42,392 nucleotides of DNA. Source: a virus (Duplodnaviria > Heunggongvirae > Uroviricota > Caudoviricetes). This document shows positions 39,300 through 42,392 of the stretch, piece by piece. Below the pieces are notes generated by a model. It had not been told where the DNA came from. It was given only the letters and a program-made list of their open reading frames with translations, and did not search any database. The stretch is from the IMG/VR virus record IMGVR_UViG_2778261252_000011. One strand, written 5' to 3'. Every line of letters begins with the position of its first letter. Position 1 is the stretch's first letter. Made by a program: the position numbers and the translations under genes.

Positions 39300-42200
39300 A
39301 TGGGTAAAGGCAGCAGTAAGGGGCATACCCCGCGCGAAGCGAAGGACAACCTGAAATCCACGCAGTTGCTGAGTGTGATTGATGCCATCAGTGAAGGGCC
39401 GATTGAAGGTCCGGTGGATGGATTAAAAAGCGTGCTGCTGAACAGTACGCCAGTGCTGGACAGTGAGGGGAATACCAATATCTCCGGTGTCACGGTGGTG
39501 TTCCGGGCAGGTGAGCAGGAGCAGACACCGCCGGAGGGATTTGAATCCTCCGGCTCCGAGACGGTGCTGGGTACGGAAGTGAAGTACGACACGCCGATTA
39601 CCCGGACCATCACGTCTGCAAACATCGACCGTCTGCGCTTTACCTTCGGTGTGCAGGCACTGGTGGAAACCACCTCAAAGGGTGACAGGAATCCGTCGGA
39701 AGTCCGTCTGCTGGTTCAGATACAGCGTAACGGTGGCTGGGTGACGGAAAAAGACATCACCATTAAGGGCAAAACCACGTCGCAGTATCTGGCCTCGGTG
39801 GTGGTGGATAACCTGCCGCCGCGCCCGTTTAATATCCGGATGCGCAGGATGACGCCGGACAGCACCACAGACCAGCTGCAGAACAAAACGCTCTGGTCGT
39901 CATACACAGAAATCATCGATGTGAAACAGTGCTACCCGAACACGGCACTGGTCGGCGTGCAGGTGGACTCGGAGCAGTTCGGCAGCCAGCAGGTGAGCCG
40001 TAATTATCATCTTCGCGGGCGCATTCTGCAGGTGCCGTCGAACTATAACCCGCAGACGCGGCAATACAGCGGTATCTGGGACGGAACGTTTAAGCCAGCA
40101 TACAGCAACAACATGGCCTGGTGTCTGTGGGATATGCTGACCCATCCGCGCTACGGCATGGGGAAACGTCTTGGTGCAGCAGATGTGGATAAATGGACGC
40201 TGTATGTCATCGGCCAGTACTGCGACCAGTTGGTACCGAATGGTTTTGGCGGCACGGAGCCGCGCATCACCTGTAATGCCTGGCTGACCACACAGCGTAA
40301 GGCGTGGGATGTGCTCAGCGATTTCTGCTCGGCGATGCGCTGTATGCCGGTATGGAACGGGCAGACGCTGACGTTCGTGCAGGACCGACCGTCGGATAAG
40401 GTGTGGACCTATAACCGCAGTAATGTGGTGATGCCGGATGATGGCGCGCCGTTCCGCTACAGCTTCAGCGCCCTGAAGGACCGCCATAATGCCGTTGAGG
40501 TGAACTGGATTGACCCGAACAACGGCTGGGAGACGGCAACAGAGCTTGTGGAGGACACGCAGGCCATTGCCCGTTACGGTCGTAACGTCACGAAGATGGA
40601 TGCCTTTGGCTGTACCAGTCGGGGGCAGGCACACCGAGCCGGGCTGTGGCTGATTAAAACAGAACTGCTGGAAACGCAGACCGTGGACTTCAGCGTGGGT
40701 GCTGAAGGGCTTCGCCATGTACCGGGCGATATCATTGAAATCTGCGATGATGACTATGCCGGTATCAGCATCGGCGGGCGCGTGCTGGCGGTGAACAGCC
40801 AGACCCGGACGCTGACGCTCGACCGTGAAATCACGCTGCCATCCTCCGGTACCACGCTGATAAGCCTGGTTGACGGAAGCGGCAATCCGGTCAGCGTGGA
40901 GGTCCAGTCCGTCACCGACGGCGTGAAGGTAAAAGTGAGCCGTGTTCCTGACGGCGTTGCCGGATACAGCGTATGGGGGCTGAAGCTGCCGACGCTGCGC
41001 CAGCGCCTGTTCCACTGTGTGAGTATCCGTGAGAACGATGACGGCACGTATGCCATCACTGCCGTGCAGCATGTACCGGAAAAAGAAGCCATCGTGGATA
41101 ACGGGGCGCACTTTGACGGCGACCAGAGCGGCACGGTGAATGGTGTCACGCCGCCAGCGGTGCAGCACCTGACTGCCGAAGTCACCGCAGACAGCGGGGA
41201 GTATCAGGTACTGGCCCGCTGGGACACGCCGAAGGTGGTGAAGGGCGTGAGTTTCCTGCTTCGCCTGACCGTGGCAGCGGATGACGGCAGTGAGCGGCTG
41301 GTCAGCACGGCCCGGACGGCGGAAACCACATACCGCTTCACGCAACTGGCGCTGGGGAACTACAGGCTGACAGTCCGGGCGGTAAATGCGTGGGGACAGC
41401 AGGGCGATCCGGCATCGGTATCGTTCCGGATTGCCGCACCGGCAGCGCCGTCACAGATTGAGCTGACGCCGGGCTATTTTCAGATAACTGCCACGCCGCA
41501 TCTTGCGGTTTATGATCCGACGGTACAGTTTGAGTTCTGGTTCTCGGAAACGCGGATTACCGATATCAGGCAGGTTGAAACCACAGCCCGCTACCTTGGC
41601 ACGGGGCTGTACTGGATAGCCGCCAGTATCAATATCAAACCGGGCCATAATTATTATTTTTACGTTCGCAGTGTGAACACCGTTGGCAAATCGGCATTCG
41701 TGGAGGCTGTTGGTCAGCCGAGTGATGACGCATCCGGCTATCTGGATTTTTTCAAAGGCGAGATAGGGAAAACCCATCTGGCTCAGGAGCTGTGGACGCA
41801 GATTGATAACGGTCAGCTTGCGCCTGACCTGGCTGAAATCAGGACATCCATTACGGATGTCAGCAATGAAATCACACAGACCGTCAATAAGAAACTGGAA
41901 GACCAGAGTGCAGCGATCCAGCAGATACAGAAGGTTCAGGTTGATACAAATAATAACCTGAACAGCATGTGGGCCGTGAAACTGCAGCAGATGCAGGACG
42001 GACGCCTTTATATTGCGGGTATCGGTGCCGGTATTGAGAATACGCCAGCAGGAATGCAGAGTCAGGTGCTGCTGGCGGCAGACAGGATTGCGATGATTAA
42101 TCCTGCGAATGGCAACACAAAGCCGATGTTTGTTGGTCAGGGTGATCAGATATTCATGAACGACGTGTTCCTGAAATATCTGACGGCTCCCACCATTACC

Positions 42201-42392
42201 AGCGGCGGTAATCCTCCTGCATTTTCCCTTACACCGGACGGGCGACTGACGGCGAAAAATGCGGATATCAGTGGCAGTGTGAATGCGAACGCCGGGACGC
42301 TCAACAATGTCACGATAAATGAAAACTGTCGGGTTCTGGGAAAACTGTCTGCGAACCAGATTGAAGGCGATCTCGTTAAAACAGTGGGCAAA
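39300..42392 (+). CDS. Tail tip / host specificity protein J, 3'-partial (first 1031 codons; continues beyond the window)
   Basis: Hand translation from ATG 39300: [41 protein letters not shown]..., near-identical to lambda J as I recall it. It is missing from the ORF track only because it has no stop within the window. Confidence 0.95.
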   Translation, partial: MGKGSSKGHTPREAKDNLKSTQLLSVIDAISEGPIEGPVDGLKSVLLNSTPVLDSEGNTNISGVTVVFRAGEQEQTPPEGFESSGSETVLGTEVKYDTPITRTITSANIDRLRFTFGVQALVETTSKGDRNPSEVRLLVQIQRNGGWVTEKDITIKGKTTSQYLASVVVDNLPPRPFNIRMRRMTPDSTTDQLQNKTLWSSYTEIIDVKQCYPNTALVGVQVDSEQFGSQQVSRNYHLRGRILQVPSNYNPQTRQYSGIWDGTFKPAYSNNMAWCLWDMLTHPRYGMGKRLGAADVDKWTLYVIGQYCDQLVPNGFGGTEPRITCNAWLTTQRKAWDVLSDFCSAMRCMPVWNGQTLTFVQDRPSDKVWTYNRSNVVMPDDGAPFRYSFSALKDRHNAVEVNWIDPNNGWETATELVEDTQAIARYGRNVTKMDAFGCTSRGQAHRAGLWLIKTELLETQTVDFSVGAEGLRHVPGDIIEICDDDYAGISIGGRVLAVNSQTRTLTLDREITLPSSGTTLISLVDGSGNPVSVEVQSVTDGVKVKVSRVPDGVAGYSVWGLKLPTLRQRLFHCVSIRENDDGTYAITAVQHVPEKEAIVDNGAHFDGDQSGTVNGVTPPAVQHLTAEVTADSGEYQVLARWDTPKVVKGVSFLLRLTVAADDGSERLVSTARTAETTYRFTQLALGNYRLTVRAVNAWGQQGDPASVSFRIAAPAAPSQIELTPGYFQITATPHLAVYDPTVQFEFWFSETRITDIRQVETTARYLGTGLYWIAASINIKPGHNYYFYVRSVNTVGKSAFVEAVGQPSDDASGYLDFFKGEIGKTHLAQELWTQIDNGQLAPDLAEIRTSITDVSNEITQTVNKKLEDQSAAIQQIQKVQVDTNNNLNSMWAVKLQQMQDGRLYIAGIGAGIENTPAGMQSQVLLAADRIAMINPANGNTKPMFVGQGDQIFMNDVFLKYLTAPTITSGGNPPAFSLTPDGRLTAKNADISGSVNANAGTLNNVTINENCRVLGKLSANQIEGDLVKTVGK

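Noticed and set aside
39900-41345. 481-aa ORF on the minus strand, with a nested 143-aa ORF
   Set aside because: It lies antisense to the J gene, whose plus-strand translation is near-identical to lambda J; long antisense ORFs are expected in GC-rich coding sequence.

Overview
The window is a single lambdoid prophage of the Rac family (Escherichia/Shigella type), read from the integrase stop codon at position 1 to a partial tail-fibre gene J that runs off the 3' end. Gene order and protein sequences match the E. coli K-12 Rac early region: intR, xisR, ydaC, ralR, recT, recE, racC, ydaE, kilR, sieB, ydaF, ydaG, racR, ydaS, ydaT, ydaU, ydaV, ydaW. Unlike the K-12 remnant, this copy retains what K-12 has lost: a nin-like region with a Q-type antiterminator, two phage-type tRNAs, a phage-21-like lysis cassette (pinholin, SAR endolysin, Rz/Rz1), trkG, a complete head module and a lambda-like tail module (tape measure, M, L, K, I, J). 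Accessory content sits in three places: (i) between ydaW and Q, with two unknown genes plus a coupled micropeptide, an opposite-strand KilA-N gene, a hok/sok-like type I toxin locus, a YeaR-like gene and an 850-bp AT-rich apparently non-coding island; (ii) between Q and the holin, with the tRNAs and three tandem long hairpins; (iii) between Rz and the terminase, with trkG and a ParB-like nuclease / GT-A-like gene pair. I did not find CRISPR arrays, IS elements or rRNA. I could not pin down one definite novel system; the strongest candidates are the KilA-N gene, the 11.5-12.7 kb operon with its G9 tract, and the structured RNA region after the tRNAs. All family assignments are from reading the translations against remembered sequences, not from searches.
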